Source of the DNA: Candidatus Woesearchaeota archaeon
GTDB lineage: Archaea > Nanobdellota > Nanobdellia > Pacearchaeales > GW2011-AR1
Length of the DNA stretch: 36,148 bases
Direction of reading: 5' to 3'
Assembly: GCA_964588735.1 (NCBI GenBank)
Contig: CAZPQF010000001.1
Coordinates: 7,273-43,420, forward strand
Positions 1 to 9,738 of the stretch are shown one piece after another (position 1 is the first letter of the stretch; every line of letters starts with the position of its first letter). The notes below the pieces were generated by a model, which searched no databases, was not told the DNA's origin, and worked only from the letters and a program-made list of their open reading frames with translations. Made by a program: the position numbers and the translations under genes.

Positions 1-821
1 TTTATTGGTTTAAAAGTATCTCTTTTTGAAGTGTGCATTTTACGAACTTTAGTTCCCCGCATTGCATAACAAAAATCATCATTCATCGAAGCATGTCCAA
101 CGAGAATAACTTCAGCAATATCACTGACTGTAGCAACAGCAGAAGCGTCTAAATTTAGCGTAGCATCACTGCTCGCTCTATCTGAACTTCTTTGTGAATA
201 AGTTAAAACAACAGGTTTATTCAAGTCTCTCAAAAAGAAACTTAAGGCAGCAGAAGTATAATGTAAAAAATCTGTCCCGTGTGTTATTATAATTCCTTCA
301 ATATTTTTATCATTCAATAGTTTAACTGCAACACGTGCAATCTTTCTCCAGTCTTTATAACTCATATTTTCACTTGCTTTCATAAACGGTCTCTCAATTT
401 TAACAACATTAACTTTTTCAAAAATTTCTGGATAAAATTTAAATAAATCATCAGGAGAGGTCAACCATTTAACTCCTCCTGTTTTTGGGTCTAATCTTGA
501 ACTAATAGTTCCTCCAGTAATAATCATAGCAATCTTAACTTTTTTATCAAGATTATCAGATTCAACATTAAGTTCAGTTGTTTTTGCATTTTTTAATTTT
601 TTTTGTTTTTTTGCTGTTTTATTTTTTTTAAGAACTTTAATATTTATTATATCTTGTTTTTTAATACCAATATTATAACCTGAATCAAGTTTTAACAAAA
701 TAATCCCTTTTTCTGATTTAGGGGTTTCTAATAAAATTCCTTTATAATCTTTTTTAACTAAATTTACTTCAATTAAATCTCCAATTCCTGGTTTTGTTTT
801 ATTATTAATTTTTGGTGTCAT
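1..821 (-). CDS. gatD: Glu-tRNA(Gln) amidotransferase subunit D (GatD), N-terminal ~273 aa. The C-terminus runs off the window.
   Basis: Absent from the ORF track because it stays open to position 1. My reverse-strand translation from the ATG at 819-821 reads MTPKINNKTKPGIGDLIEVNLVKKDYKGILLE...KIAMIITGGTISSRLDPKTGGV...GIIITHGTDFLHYTSAALSF...SQRSSDRASSDA. This is a GatD-type N-terminal domain followed by asparaginase-fold TGGTI and HGTD motifs. It is divergently paired with the GatB/E-family gene at 893. Confidence 0.85.
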   Translation of the reverse strand, partial: MTPKINNKTKPGIGDLIEVNLVKKDYKGILLETPKSEKGIILLKLDSGYNIGIKKQDIINIKVLKKNKTAKKQKKLKNAKTTELNVESDNLDKKVKIAMIITGGTISSRLDPKTGGVKWLTSPDDLFKFYPEIFEKVNVVKIERPFMKASENMSYKDWRKIARVAVKLLNDKNIEGIIITHGTDFLHYTSAALSFFLRDLNKPVVLTYSQRSSDRASSDATLNLDASAVATVSDIAEVILVGHASMNDDFCYAMRGTKVRKMHTSKRDTFKPI

Positions 822-862
822 AATTAAATTAAATAAACTAAATATAAAAACATTATCATAAC

Positions 863-870
863 CTATAAAA
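863..870 (+). promoter_or_regulatory. TATA-like box (CTATAAAA) at -30..-23 of the 893 ATG
   Basis: The spacing matches an archaeal TATA box for a leaderless transcript. The same spacing recurs at 20771, 21937, 22804 and 23930. Confidence 0.4.
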
Positions 871-892
871 ATACATCTTTATTATAATATTC

Positions 893-2248
893 ATGACAAA
901 AATAGGTTTAGAAATACACGGTTACTTAGCAACTAAAGAGAAGTTATTTTGTGGTTGTAAAAATGTTGTAGGTATTAAAGATATCAAACCTAATACATTC
1001 ATATGCCCTATATGTTGTGGATATCCAGGCTCAAAACCTTTGTTTCCAAACTATCAGGCAATAAAAAATATGATTAAAATTGCTTTGATGTTAAATTGCA
1101 AAATCAATAAAAAAGCTGTATGGCAGAGAAAACACTATGATTGGCCAGATTTACCAAAAGGTTATCAAGACACTATTTCTGGAAGTTATTCTATTCCAAA
1201 TGCAACAAATGGAGAATTTTTAAATATAAAAATAAGAGAAATACATTTAGAAGAAGATCCAGCTGCATGGAATCCAAAAACAGGTGAAATAGATTATAAT
1301 CGAAGTGGCAGTCCTTTAATAGAAATAGTAACAGAACCTGATTTTAAATCAGCAAGACAAGTATCAGAATGGTTAAAACAATTGGTTTTAATCTTAGATT
1401 ATATTAAAGCCATAGACAAAAATGCAGGATTAAAAGCAGATGTTAATGTTTCTACATCTGGAGAAAGAGTAGAAATAAAAAATATTAACAGCAGAAAAAA
1501 TATAATTGCGGCAATAAATTATGAAATTAATAGACAGCAAAAATTAAAATCAAAAACAAAAAGAGAAACAAGACGTTGGGATGATAAAAAATTAAAAACA
1601 ATTTTAATGAGAACAAAGGAACAAGCAGCTGACTACAAATTTATTCCAGAACCGAATTTGCCAATAATAAACCTTGAACAAAAACAGATTAATGGAATAA
1701 AATTATCTCTTCCAGAATCCCCACAACAAAAACTACAGAAAATAATTAAAAAATATAAGATAAAAGAAAAATATGCAAAAATCCTTGCTTCAAATTTAGA
1801 AATAGTGGAATTATTTGAGAAAGTTTCTGAAAAAATATCGCCTGAATTTGCACTTGATTGGGTAATAATTGAATTATTAAGAGTATTAAATTATAATAAA
1901 ACTGCATTAGATCAAGTTGATATAAAACCAAAACATTTTATTGAGCTTCTACAACTTGCAAAAAATAAAAAAATTACAGAAACACAAGCAAAGCGAATTT
2001 TAAATAAATTTATACCAAAATCTTTTTCACCTTTAAGACAAATTAAAGGTAAAGAAAAAATAGACTCAAAATCAAAAATAACAGAATTCTGCAAAAAAAC
2101 AATAAAACAAAATCCAAAAGCAGTTAAAGATTATAAATCTGGGAATCTAAATGCAATTAATTTTTTAATTGGACAAGTTATGAAATTAAGTCAAGGCAGA
2201 GCTGATTATAAGACTGCGCGGGAGATTATGTTGAGATTGTTAGCTTAG
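893..2248 (+). CDS. gatE: GatB/GatE-family amidotransferase subunit, probably the GatE partner of GatD but only 451 aa
   Basis: Motifs seen: GLEIHGYL..KLFCGC, ICPICCGYPGSKP, RKHYDWPDLPKGYQ, IHLEEDPA, DYNRSGSPLIEIVTEPD, and a YqeY-like tail NFLIGQVMKLSQGRADYK. It is divergent from gatD. Confidence 0.8.
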   Translation: MTKIGLEIHGYLATKEKLFCGCKNVVGIKDIKPNTFICPICCGYPGSKPLFPNYQAIKNMIKIALMLNCKINKKAVWQRKHYDWPDLPKGYQDTISGSYSIPNATNGEFLNIKIREIHLEEDPAAWNPKTGEIDYNRSGSPLIEIVTEPDFKSARQVSEWLKQLVLILDYIKAIDKNAGLKADVNVSTSGERVEIKNINSRKNIIAAINYEINRQQKLKSKTKRETRRWDDKKLKTILMRTKEQAADYKFIPEPNLPIINLEQKQINGIKLSLPESPQQKLQKIIKKYKIKEKYAKILASNLEIVELFEKVSEKISPEFALDWVIIELLRVLNYNKTALDQVDIKPKHFIELLQLAKNKKITETQAKRILNKFIPKSFSPLRQIKGKEKIDSKSKITEFCKKTIKQNPKAVKDYKSGNLNAINFLIGQVMKLSQGRADYKTAREIMLRLLA

Positions 2249-2608
2249 ATAATGTTCTTTAGCTTTTATTTAGGCTTTATGCCTCTAAAGATTCATAGAA
2301 GAATAATTATTAATTCTATTTTGAACATTATAAAAAATGAAGATTATAAATCCAAAACAAAAATCAATAATAAACATATGAAATATATAATTATCAAAGA
2401 ATGATAGATTAAATAATCTATAAAGAGAATTTATCATTAATCCAGCAATGATAGTAGTTCCAATTCCTGCTCAAAAGATTAATCTTGATTCACGTTTCTG
2501 TTCATAAAATAAGTCCATATTATCAACCATAAAAATTATTTATTATACTGGTTTTTATTAATTATTATCCTCAAGAACACAATCGCGCGCAAGCGCGCCA
2601 TTTTAAAA

Positions 2609-2714
2609 TAGGCCTGAGAGGATTCGAACCCCCATCAGCCGGGTTTTTCCAAAATCCTTTCATAAAAAAGACTTTGCCCGAAACCGGATATTCTATCCAT
2701 TGAACTACAGGCCT
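2609..2714 (-). tRNA. tRNA-Arg(TCG) with a 34-nt intron at the canonical 37/38 position (about 2644-2677)
   Basis: The reverse strand folds as AGGCCTG-TA-GTTC-AATGGATA-GAAT-A-TCCGG-TTTCGG / insert / C-CCGGC-TGAT-GGGGG-TTCGAAT-CCTCT-CAGGCCT-A. It has a 7-bp acceptor stem plus D and T arms. There is one 27:43 mismatch and two G:U pairs in the T stem. Confidence 0.8.
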
Positions 2715-2736
2715 ATATAAATAAAGAGGGCAAAGG

Positions 2737-2746
2737 ATTTTTATAT
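2737..2746 (-). promoter_or_regulatory. TATA box (ATATAAAAAT on the minus strand) at -23..-32 of the tRNA-Arg(TCG) 5' end, flanked by CAAAG on both sides
   Basis: The spacing to the tRNA 5' end at 2714 fits. The adjacent CCTTTGCCCT block is repeated at 13587-13596. Confidence 0.45.
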
Positions 2747-3109
2747 CTTTGGAATTCAGCAAAAATAATTCCGAAGTATTAAAAATTCTTCAATAATTAA
2801 AAGGAAGAATTTTTATATGTTATTATTTTAATAATTTTATGAAAAAGAGCACTAAAAAAATACTCGACTCAATCCTATGAGTATTAGGGATAATAGCAAT
2901 AATCTTATTAATTTATGGAATTATTAGGCCTTTTATTTAATATAGATAAAGAATTATTAACCTAGATTAGCACATAAACTTTTTAATCTTACTTTACTTT
3001 GTTTTAATTACTATAAAAATAAGAGGATTAGATTTAACACAAACATTAATAACCTCTTTTGGATTAATGGTTTCACTATTAATTCATTTACATAACTTAA
3101 CAAACCAAA

Positions 3110-3955
3110 ATGCCTTTAAAAAAACATCACAAATATATTATTGGAAGTTTAAGTACTTTAGTAATTATTTATATGATTGTTAGTTCTATTCTTCTGTTTA
3201 TGTTATCAGTAAGAATAAATCAATTAGATATTTCTTTAGATAATAAAATAGAGGCAAATTATCAAGAATTAACAGGAAAAACAAATGAATTAACAAATGT
3301 TATTTTATCAATGCAAAAAAATCAAACATCATTAACACAAGAATTATCAGAATTAAAAGCAACAGCAAGTTCGGATTTTTCAGGAATTATTCAAGATTCA
3401 ATAAATTCAGTAGTTGTAATAGCCACAGATATAAGCCAAGGTTCTGGTTTTTTTATAACAAATCAAGGGCATATTGTAACAAATACACATGTTCTACTTG
3501 GTGCGCATTATGCAAATATAAGAACATATGATAATAGAATTTATGAATCTTTTTTAGTGGGATATAATGAAGAAATGGATATTGCAATTTTAAAAATCAA
3601 AACAAATTATTATAAACCATTAAAATTAGCGAATTCAGACAATGTTAATATAGGGCAAAAAGCAGTTGCATTAGGAAATCCTTATGGTTTATCTTTTACA
3701 GCCACAGAAGGAATAGTTTCTGCAAAAAATAGGAAAGGCCCAAATGAACTTCCATATTATCTGCAAGTAGATGTTCCTTTAAATCCAGGAAACAGCGGGG
3801 GTCCATTAATAGATAAAAGTGGGAAAGTCATAGGAATTAATAATTTTAAAATAGGAATAGGGGAAAGTTTGGGTTTTGCACTTGAATCTAATCATGCAAA
3901 AAGAGTAATTAATGAAATAGCATCGGTAAAAATTAACCAAACATTAGTTTCTTAA
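3110..3955 (+). CDS. Membrane-anchored trypsin-like (HtrA/S1C-type) serine protease with no PDZ domain
   Basis: It has an N-terminal TM helix and a coiled-coil segment. The catalytic triad motifs are VTNTHV (His), DIAILKI (Asp) and GNSGGPLID (Ser). Confidence 0.8.
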   Translation: MPLKKHHKYIIGSLSTLVIIYMIVSSILLFMLSVRINQLDISLDNKIEANYQELTGKTNELTNVILSMQKNQTSLTQELSELKATASSDFSGIIQDSINSVVVIATDISQGSGFFITNQGHIVTNTHVLLGAHYANIRTYDNRIYESFLVGYNEEMDIAILKIKTNYYKPLKLANSDNVNIGQKAVALGNPYGLSFTATEGIVSAKNRKGPNELPYYLQVDVPLNPGNSGGPLIDKSGKVIGINNFKIGIGESLGFALESNHAKRVINEIASVKINQTLVS

Positions 3956-4003
3956 TCTTCTTTAATTAAAAAATATTTTAAACCCTTGTTTCCTTATTTT
4001 TAT

Positions 4004-5449
4004 ATGTCAAAAAAGATAACTTTTAATATTGACAAAGAAAAAAATTTTTCGAAATGGTATTCTGAAATATTGAATAAAGCAGAAGTTACAGATTTAAGAT
4101 ATAATGTAAAAGGATTTGTTGTTATTCGCCCTTGGGGAGCAATGACAATGGAAAACATGTATTTTCTTTATGAAAAAGAATTGCAAAAAACAGGACATAA
4201 ACCAAGTTTTTTTCCTGTAGTAATTCCTAAAAAAAATTTCTATAAAGAAGCAGAACATGTAAAAGGATTTACACCAGAAGTCTTTTGGCTAGAAAAAATA
4301 AAAGGAGAAGATAAACTTGCACTGCGTCCAACTTCTGAAACAGCAATGTATCAAATGTATTCGTTATGGATCCGTTCATGGAGGGATTTACCATTAAAAA
4401 TATATCAAAGAGCAAATGTTTTTAGATATGAAACAAAAGCTACACGTCCTTTGATAAGGGCAAGAGAATTCTATTGGATTGAAACACATAATTGTTTTGC
4501 AACAAAAAAAGAAGCAGAAAACCAAGTACAAGAAGATATAGAAACAACAGAAAAAATAATGCACCAAAAATTTGGAATTCCATTTTTGCCAATGAAACGT
4601 CCTACCTGGGATAAATTCGCTGGGGCAGTATATACAATAGGAAGCGATGTTTTAATGCCAGACGGAAAATTAATACAACAACCATCAACACATTTATTAG
4701 GACAACATTTTTCAAGAGCATTTAATATTAAATTTAAAAATCAAGACAAAAAAGAAGATTATGTTTGGCAAACTTGTTATGGTCCTGCAATATCAAGAAT
4801 CTTGGCATCAGTAATTTCTACACATGGAGATGATTCAGGTTTAATAATGCCTTATTGTATTTCACCAATTCAAGTAATTGTCATACCTATATTTAATAAA
4901 GAAAATCAAGAAAGAATTCTTGAACAAACAGATAAAATAAAACAAATATTAGAAAAACAAAATATTAAGGTAGAAATAGATGATTCAAGTAAAAGACCTG
5001 GAGAAAAATATTTTTATTGGGAATTAAAGGGAGTTCCATTTAGATTAGAAATAGGAGAAAAAGAACTTAAATCACAAAAATTAACTCTCTTCACAAGAGA
5101 TAACAAGAAAAAAGAAAAAATTTCTATAAAAAATTTAAATAAAATAAATCAATTAGGAAAAGATTTTGATAAAAGATTAAAACAAAAGGCGAATAAATTT
5201 ATAGACAATAAAATAGTTTATTGTAAAAATAAACAAGAAATAAAAAAAACATTAAAAAATAAAAAAATTGCAAAAATAGATTTTTGTTCTACAGAAAAAC
5301 AGGGAATTAAATGTGCTGAATATATTGAAAAACAAGTTAATGCTGAAGTGCGTGGAACCCTTGCTAATAAAAATGAAAAACCTAAAGGAAATTGTGCTAT
5401 TTGTGGAAAAAAAGCTAATAAAGTAGTTTATATTGGTAAAGGCTATTAA
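4004..5449 (+). CDS. proS: Prolyl-tRNA synthetase, archaeal/eukaryal type
   Basis: Motifs seen: FSKWYSEIL, VIRPWG, LRPTSET, FRYE..TRPLIRAREF, and a C-terminal Cys cluster ending ...YIGKGY. The track ORF starts at a TTG (3986). The ATG at 4004 has a TATA-like AAATATTTTAA about 25-30 nt upstream, so I prefer it. Confidence 0.9.
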   Translation: MSKKITFNIDKEKNFSKWYSEILNKAEVTDLRYNVKGFVVIRPWGAMTMENMYFLYEKELQKTGHKPSFFPVVIPKKNFYKEAEHVKGFTPEVFWLEKIKGEDKLALRPTSETAMYQMYSLWIRSWRDLPLKIYQRANVFRYETKATRPLIRAREFYWIETHNCFATKKEAENQVQEDIETTEKIMHQKFGIPFLPMKRPTWDKFAGAVYTIGSDVLMPDGKLIQQPSTHLLGQHFSRAFNIKFKNQDKKEDYVWQTCYGPAISRILASVISTHGDDSGLIMPYCISPIQVIVIPIFNKENQERILEQTDKIKQILEKQNIKVEIDDSSKRPGEKYFYWELKGVPFRLEIGEKELKSQKLTLFTRDNKKKEKISIKNLNKINQLGKDFDKRLKQKANKFIDNKIVYCKNKQEIKKTLKNKKIAKIDFCSTEKQGIKCAEYIEKQVNAEVRGTLANKNEKPKGNCAICGKKANKVVYIGKGY

Positions 5450-6510
5450 TCAATTATTTTAGTAGCAAGTTTTCTGTAACCAAAAAAATCAGTAGTATAA
5501 TTATATGCCCCTGCATTTAAAAAAATAATTTTATTTCCAACTTTAACATTATCTGGATTTAATTTAACTTTATATCTAAAAATATCATCTCTAGTAGGAG
5601 AATTTCCTTTAATCAAAAAATAACTGCCTTCTTTATCTTCATCAAGCTCATTTTCCACCAACATTTTAGTTCCAGTGAACACACAATCCAAGGCGCAATT
5701 ATAAATCGTTGTGTTAATAACAATATTTTTTTCTTGAACTTGAATAATTTCAGTCTCAAGTTTAATACAAGGGGCAGCCAAAAATCTTCCAGGTTCAATA
5801 TAACTTTCAATTCCTTTCCCATTTAACCAGTCTTTTGCTTCTTTTATTTTAGAAAAAATATACCCTATTATTTTCATATTATAACTTCTATATTTAATTG
5901 GAAGACCTCCTCCAAAATTTAAAAAATTAATTCTATTCAAACTTTTTTCAGTTAAAGAATCTCGAAGTTCAGATTTAATATCCCATTCACTGGTATTTTG
6001 AGATTTTCTATGTATATGTACTCCTAATTTACCAATAAACCCATTATTTCTTATCTCACCGATTATTTTATTAATTTTATTAGAAGACATTCCATAAACA
6101 AAATATTTCCCGCTTCCAATTCTGTGTTCTTTAAACTTCATTCTCAAAGAGAGATTAATTTTAGTTTTTGTATCTTTAATAACATTTAAAATTCTTTGTA
6201 AATCAATTTTATTATCAATAACAAAATTAATAATTCCTTTATTTAAAATTTCTTTTAATTCTTCTTCTGATTCTGCTTGAGTAAAAAACCATATTTTTTT
6301 TCTGTGTTCAGGTTTAATCATTTCAATTTCTTCATTAGAATGAATAGAAAAATTAATATCTTTAAATTCGTCTATATTTAAATCCTGCAAAACATTTCCA
6401 ACTTCTTTATTTGTTTTATAAGAATAAGAAATTTTCAATCCCAAATTTTTTAATTTATTAACTTGTTCTTTCAAAATCTTCCTGAATAAAATAAATTTAG
6501 GTTCTGTCAT
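5446..6510 (-). CDS. PLP-dependent decarboxylase of the Orn/DAP/Arg decarboxylase family (fold type III), compact at 354 aa
   Basis: Motifs seen: SYSYKTN (PLP lysine context), FGGGLPIKY, EPGRFLAAP, NAGAYNY. It lies immediately upstream of deoxyhypusine synthase in the same orientation. Its 3' end overlaps proS by 4 nt. Confidence 0.7.
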   Translation of the reverse strand: MTEPKFILFRKILKEQVNKLKNLGLKISYSYKTNKEVGNVLQDLNIDEFKDINFSIHSNEEIEMIKPEHRKKIWFFTQAESEEELKEILNKGIINFVIDNKIDLQRILNVIKDTKTKINLSLRMKFKEHRIGSGKYFVYGMSSNKINKIIGEIRNNGFIGKLGVHIHRKSQNTSEWDIKSELRDSLTEKSLNRINFLNFGGGLPIKYRSYNMKIIGYIFSKIKEAKDWLNGKGIESYIEPGRFLAAPCIKLETEIIQVQEKNIVINTTIYNCALDCVFTGTKMLVENELDEDKEGSYFLIKGNSPTRDDIFRYKVKLNPDNVKVGNKIIFLNAGAYNYTTDFFGYRKLATKIID

Positions 6511-6512
6511 TT

Positions 6513-7472
6513 TTATTTTTTCCTATTTTCATTATCCAACAAACCTTCAATTTTCAATTGATCTAAAACCGAACACATTAACAAAGGAAAATTTATACAA
6601 ACATCTCCATTAACAGTAGCTGCTTGAGCATCATCTTTAATTTTACCCCAAGATTTAGCTTCCTGTGTTGTTGCTCCGCTTAAACTTCCAGAAGTTGCAT
6701 GCGAAGTAGTCATATAAACAGCATAATCAAATCCTCCAGACAATAATGCAGCAAAAACAGCATAATGTTTGCTTATACTGCCGCCTAAAGAAATTAATCC
6801 TTTTTTATCATCAAAACTTAAATCTCTAACACAAATATTTTTCATATCTTTAATAGTATCTACAATAAAATCATCATGTTTTTGTTGAAAAATAAATAAA
6901 TGAAATCCAAAACTGGAATCAGCAATTCCAGGACAATAAATAGAAACATTATTTTTAGCTGCTTGATATAATATAGAATTTTCATCATTTAACATCAATC
7001 CTATCTCTTTTAAAAGTTCAGAACTAGAGATTCTTTTTTTCTTTTTATAAATATTTTCTAAAAGTTCATTTATTTTATCTTCAAATTTCGTATAGCTTTC
7101 ATTTCTAATTAATAAATTACCTATGCGATTTTCTCCTCTTTCATGCATGGCAGTATCATCAGCATAAAAATTACTTAATTCAAATTCTTCACCCATTGCT
7201 TTCATTATATCTTCTTCAATACTCCCAGAAGTTGTAACAAGAATATTTGGTATTTCTAGCTTACAAAGTTGGGCAAAAAAACCTCTTAAACCAGAAGTAA
7301 CCATATTAGAAGTAAAAGTTAAGAATATTTTAGCTCCGTCTCTTTTCATTTTTAATATAACTTCAGAAGCTTCTTTTAATTCAATTGCCTGATAACCTAA
7401 ATCTCCAAAACTATTCAAAAGCTCTTTCACAGACATATTTTCATGCCATAAAAAATCTTTAACTTTTCTCAT
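6513..7472 (-). CDS. dys: Deoxyhypusine synthase
   Basis: Motifs seen: IFLTFTSNMVTSGLRG, GGSISKHY, and EAKSWGKIK (the catalytic lysine context EA.SWGK). Confidence 0.9.
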   Translation of the reverse strand: MRKVKDFLWHENMSVKELLNSFGDLGYQAIELKEASEVILKMKRDGAKIFLTFTSNMVTSGLRGFFAQLCKLEIPNILVTTSGSIEEDIMKAMGEEFELSNFYADDTAMHERGENRIGNLLIRNESYTKFEDKINELLENIYKKKKRISSSELLKEIGLMLNDENSILYQAAKNNVSIYCPGIADSSFGFHLFIFQQKHDDFIVDTIKDMKNICVRDLSFDDKKGLISLGGSISKHYAVFAALLSGGFDYAVYMTTSHATSGSLSGATTQEAKSWGKIKDDAQAATVNGDVCINFPLLMCSVLDQLKIEGLLDNENRKK

Positions 7473-7928
7473 TTTAAAGAAATATTATTTAATTAAAATA
7501 AAATCAGATTAATAAAAATATAATTAAGAAGTTCTATCAAAAAAATTTGCCTTATTATACAAAATTCTTCTTAATAACATACTTTCAATTCTTCTTCATA
7601 ATTTTTAAATCTTTCTCTTATTTTGAATAACAACCCTCAAATCTTCATTCCCTATCCAACCACAAGCAGTCTCTATGTTTCATACATTGTTTCTGTTTGC
7701 ATTTTTCCTCAGATATTTAATTTTCTCTTAAAACAAAAAACAATAGGCCCAAATAATAAAACCAAAAAAATAGTCTTATTAAACTAAAAACACTCACTCA
7801 GAATCTAAAGTTAAAATCCTGAATTAAATTAAGAGGATTAAATTTCTGACTAATCAAATTCTGCATTTAATTAAATTAAGCTTAGTCAAAATCATACTAA
7901 ATCTATAAAGCAATAATTTAATATTCTT

Positions 7929-8999
7929 TTATTTTAAAATCCTAATAATATTTTCCTTAAATCTTGATAATTCTTCTACAGGTATTTGTGCTCCAGTTGC
8001 ATGTCTGTGTCCTCCCCCTGTTGCACCCTCAATATTTTTAACTGCATTTATAGTTAATTTTCTAACATTTATCTTGCCTCTTAAAGAAGTATTTGCTTTA
8101 GCTCCTTTAATATAAACAACAACAATTATTTTTTCTGGGTAAAGAAAATATAATTCATTTGCTATATCTGCGCTTAAACTTAAATCTCCACCATATTGAA
8201 AAAATAAAACACTGCTAAAATGATTTTTAGATTCTATTTCTTTTGCTTTATCAATTAATTTTTTATATTTTGTATTAACATAATGATATCTTCTTAAAAT
8301 TCTATAATTCTTTTTATTTTCTTTTAAAATATCTGCAGGAGATTTAGATTCAATTAAAAATTTTAACATTCTTACAACATTGCTTGTTTTATCTTTTAAA
8401 GCAAAACTTAAAATTTGAACTAATCTTCCCATTTCAGTATTATAAATAGCTTCAAAAGCTGTAACTACATTTTCTACCCAATACCCGGGGTATTTTTCTT
8501 TAAACTCTTTAATAAATTCGGGCATAAAACCATCACCCAAACAACCAACAACAGCAATCCAAACATCTTGTTTTTTATTAGTAATTTTATATGCCCAATA
8601 AGTAACTGGTTCTGAAGTTTTTTCATGCTCTTTTTCAGGTTTAGTTGGATTATAATAATAAAATTCTTTAGGTATTTTTTGTTCTTCTTCAGTTAAATCA
8701 TGATGATCAATCCATACACAGGGAATATTTAATTGCTTAACAACTTCAATAAATCCTTCATCAACTTTTGGCTTATCTAAAATAAATATATAATCTGCAT
8801 TTAATTCAGTTATTTTCCTAGCATAACTTTCATTTAAATCAGGAAAAGATTTAATAGCTACCCCTTTTCCCCTCCCAATATATCTCCTTAATAACAAAAA
8901 ACTACACAACCCATCAGCATCATTATCAAAAAAGAATATTGGATTTTGTGCTCTTTCAAGATGTTCTCTAATTCCATTTAATTGTTTTTCAGATAACAT
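7929..8999 (-). CDS. DHH/DHHA1-family phosphoesterase (RecJ/NrnA-like)
   Basis: Motifs seen: FFFDNDADGLCS (motif I/II), WIDHHD (DHH), GGGHRHATGA (DHHA1 GGGH). Confidence 0.8.
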   Translation of the reverse strand: MLSEKQLNGIREHLERAQNPIFFFDNDADGLCSFLLLRRYIGRGKGVAIKSFPDLNESYARKITELNADYIFILDKPKVDEGFIEVVKQLNIPCVWIDHHDLTEEEQKIPKEFYYYNPTKPEKEHEKTSEPVTYWAYKITNKKQDVWIAVVGCLGDGFMPEFIKEFKEKYPGYWVENVVTAFEAIYNTEMGRLVQILSFALKDKTSNVVRMLKFLIESKSPADILKENKKNYRILRRYHYVNTKYKKLIDKAKEIESKNHFSSVLFFQYGGDLSLSADIANELYFLYPEKIIVVVYIKGAKANTSLRGKINVRKLTINAVKNIEGATGGGHRHATGAQIPVEELSRFKENIIRILK

Positions 9000-9208
9000 T
9001 AAAAAGAAAAAAGAAAGGGATATATAAAGTTTTTTAGAATAGCTTAAATCATTAAAAAAAGAAAAAATAAAATTAATAAGAACTTATAAATATTAATATC
9101 CCCATTAAATATAAAATCTTTTTCTATCAAATACATAGGGTTTTAATATATTATACTTATTTAAATTATATATTCAAGAATAATAACATTTAAAAATAAA
9201 ATATAATA

Positions 9209-9427
9209 TTGTTAAACATGAATAAATGGTTAGAAATATTGGTTGGTTTAATTTTAATAAATTTAGCAGCAATAGTTATACTAACATCAAGTAATTGGAC
9301 TTTTTTAGGATTATCATGGAGTTTTAAACATGCTGCATGGATTTTCTTAAAAGGAGCAGTAATATGGTTTGTAATCATGATAGGATTATTATTCATATTA
9401 TTAGGAATAAGTGATTTAAAAGAATAA
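9209..9427 (+). CDS. Small two-TM membrane protein, hypothetical
   Basis: 72-aa hydrophobic ORF. I preferred it over the overlapping antisense ORF 9190-9396. No recognisable family. Confidence 0.35.
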   Translation: MLNMNKWLEILVGLILINLAAIVILTSSNWTFLGLSWSFKHAAWIFLKGAVIWFVIMIGLLFILLGISDLKE

Positions 9428-9738
9428 AGAGAGTTCTAAATTTATTTATTGGTTTTATTTTTCTTAGTATTAAATAGTATATTTATTTACATAAAATCTT
9501 ATAAATTTGTTAATACTCATTAGATAAATTAACAATAAATAAAAATTATAAGAAATATCATCATTAATCTGTTATAAAAGAGAAATAATTATAATAAAAA
9601 CTAATCTTTAAATTAAAAATAGATTATATTAATAATAAAATAAGTGATTAATAAAAGAATAAATTGCCCTTAAATATCAAAGAGCATTCAAAATTATTAA
9701 TAAAATAAAATTACTACTATCTATTCATCTTTATAATC

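Noticed and set aside
2571-2762. The 63-aa ORF at 2571-2762, and the 75-aa ORF at 30766-30993.
   Set aside because: Both are explained by tRNA genes on the opposite strand: tRNA-Arg(TCG), and tRNA-Cys with the 5'-fragment paralog and tRNA-Arg(TCT). The GC-richer tRNA sequence simply lacks stop codons.
2781-2814. AT-only perfect hairpins: AAAAATTCTTC/GAAGAATTTTT (2781-2814) and TTTTTAGAAAAA/TTTTTCTAAAAA (26349-26378, overlapping the mscS stop).
   Set aside because: Such A/T palindromes are expected by chance at this base composition and would be thermodynamically weak. There is no independent support for a terminator or riboswitch role.
2285-2940. Two small membrane-protein-like ORFs, each with one in-frame TGA: minus strand 2285-2518 (MDLFYEQKRESRLIF-TGA-AGIGTTIIAGLM...) and plus strand 2839-2940 (MKKSTKKILDSIL-TGA-VLGIIAIILLIYGIIRPFI). 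This could hint at TGA read as Trp or Gly.
   Set aside because: All long genes encode Trp with TGG. Three genes (tfe, the 142-aa ORF and the PLDc_N-like ORF) use TGA as a stop, two of them in ATGA stop-start overlaps. Open stretches of ~60 codons are expected by chance in six frames of AT-rich DNA, and T-rich codons automatically look hydrophobic. They are most likely non-coding or dead mini-genes.
9428-9738. The ~310-nt extremely AT-rich spacer upstream of the nreA-like gene as a replication origin.
   Set aside because: I could find no ORB-like repeats, no adjacent cdc6/orc1 gene, and no repeated motifs. It is indistinguishable from an ordinary AT-rich intergenic region.
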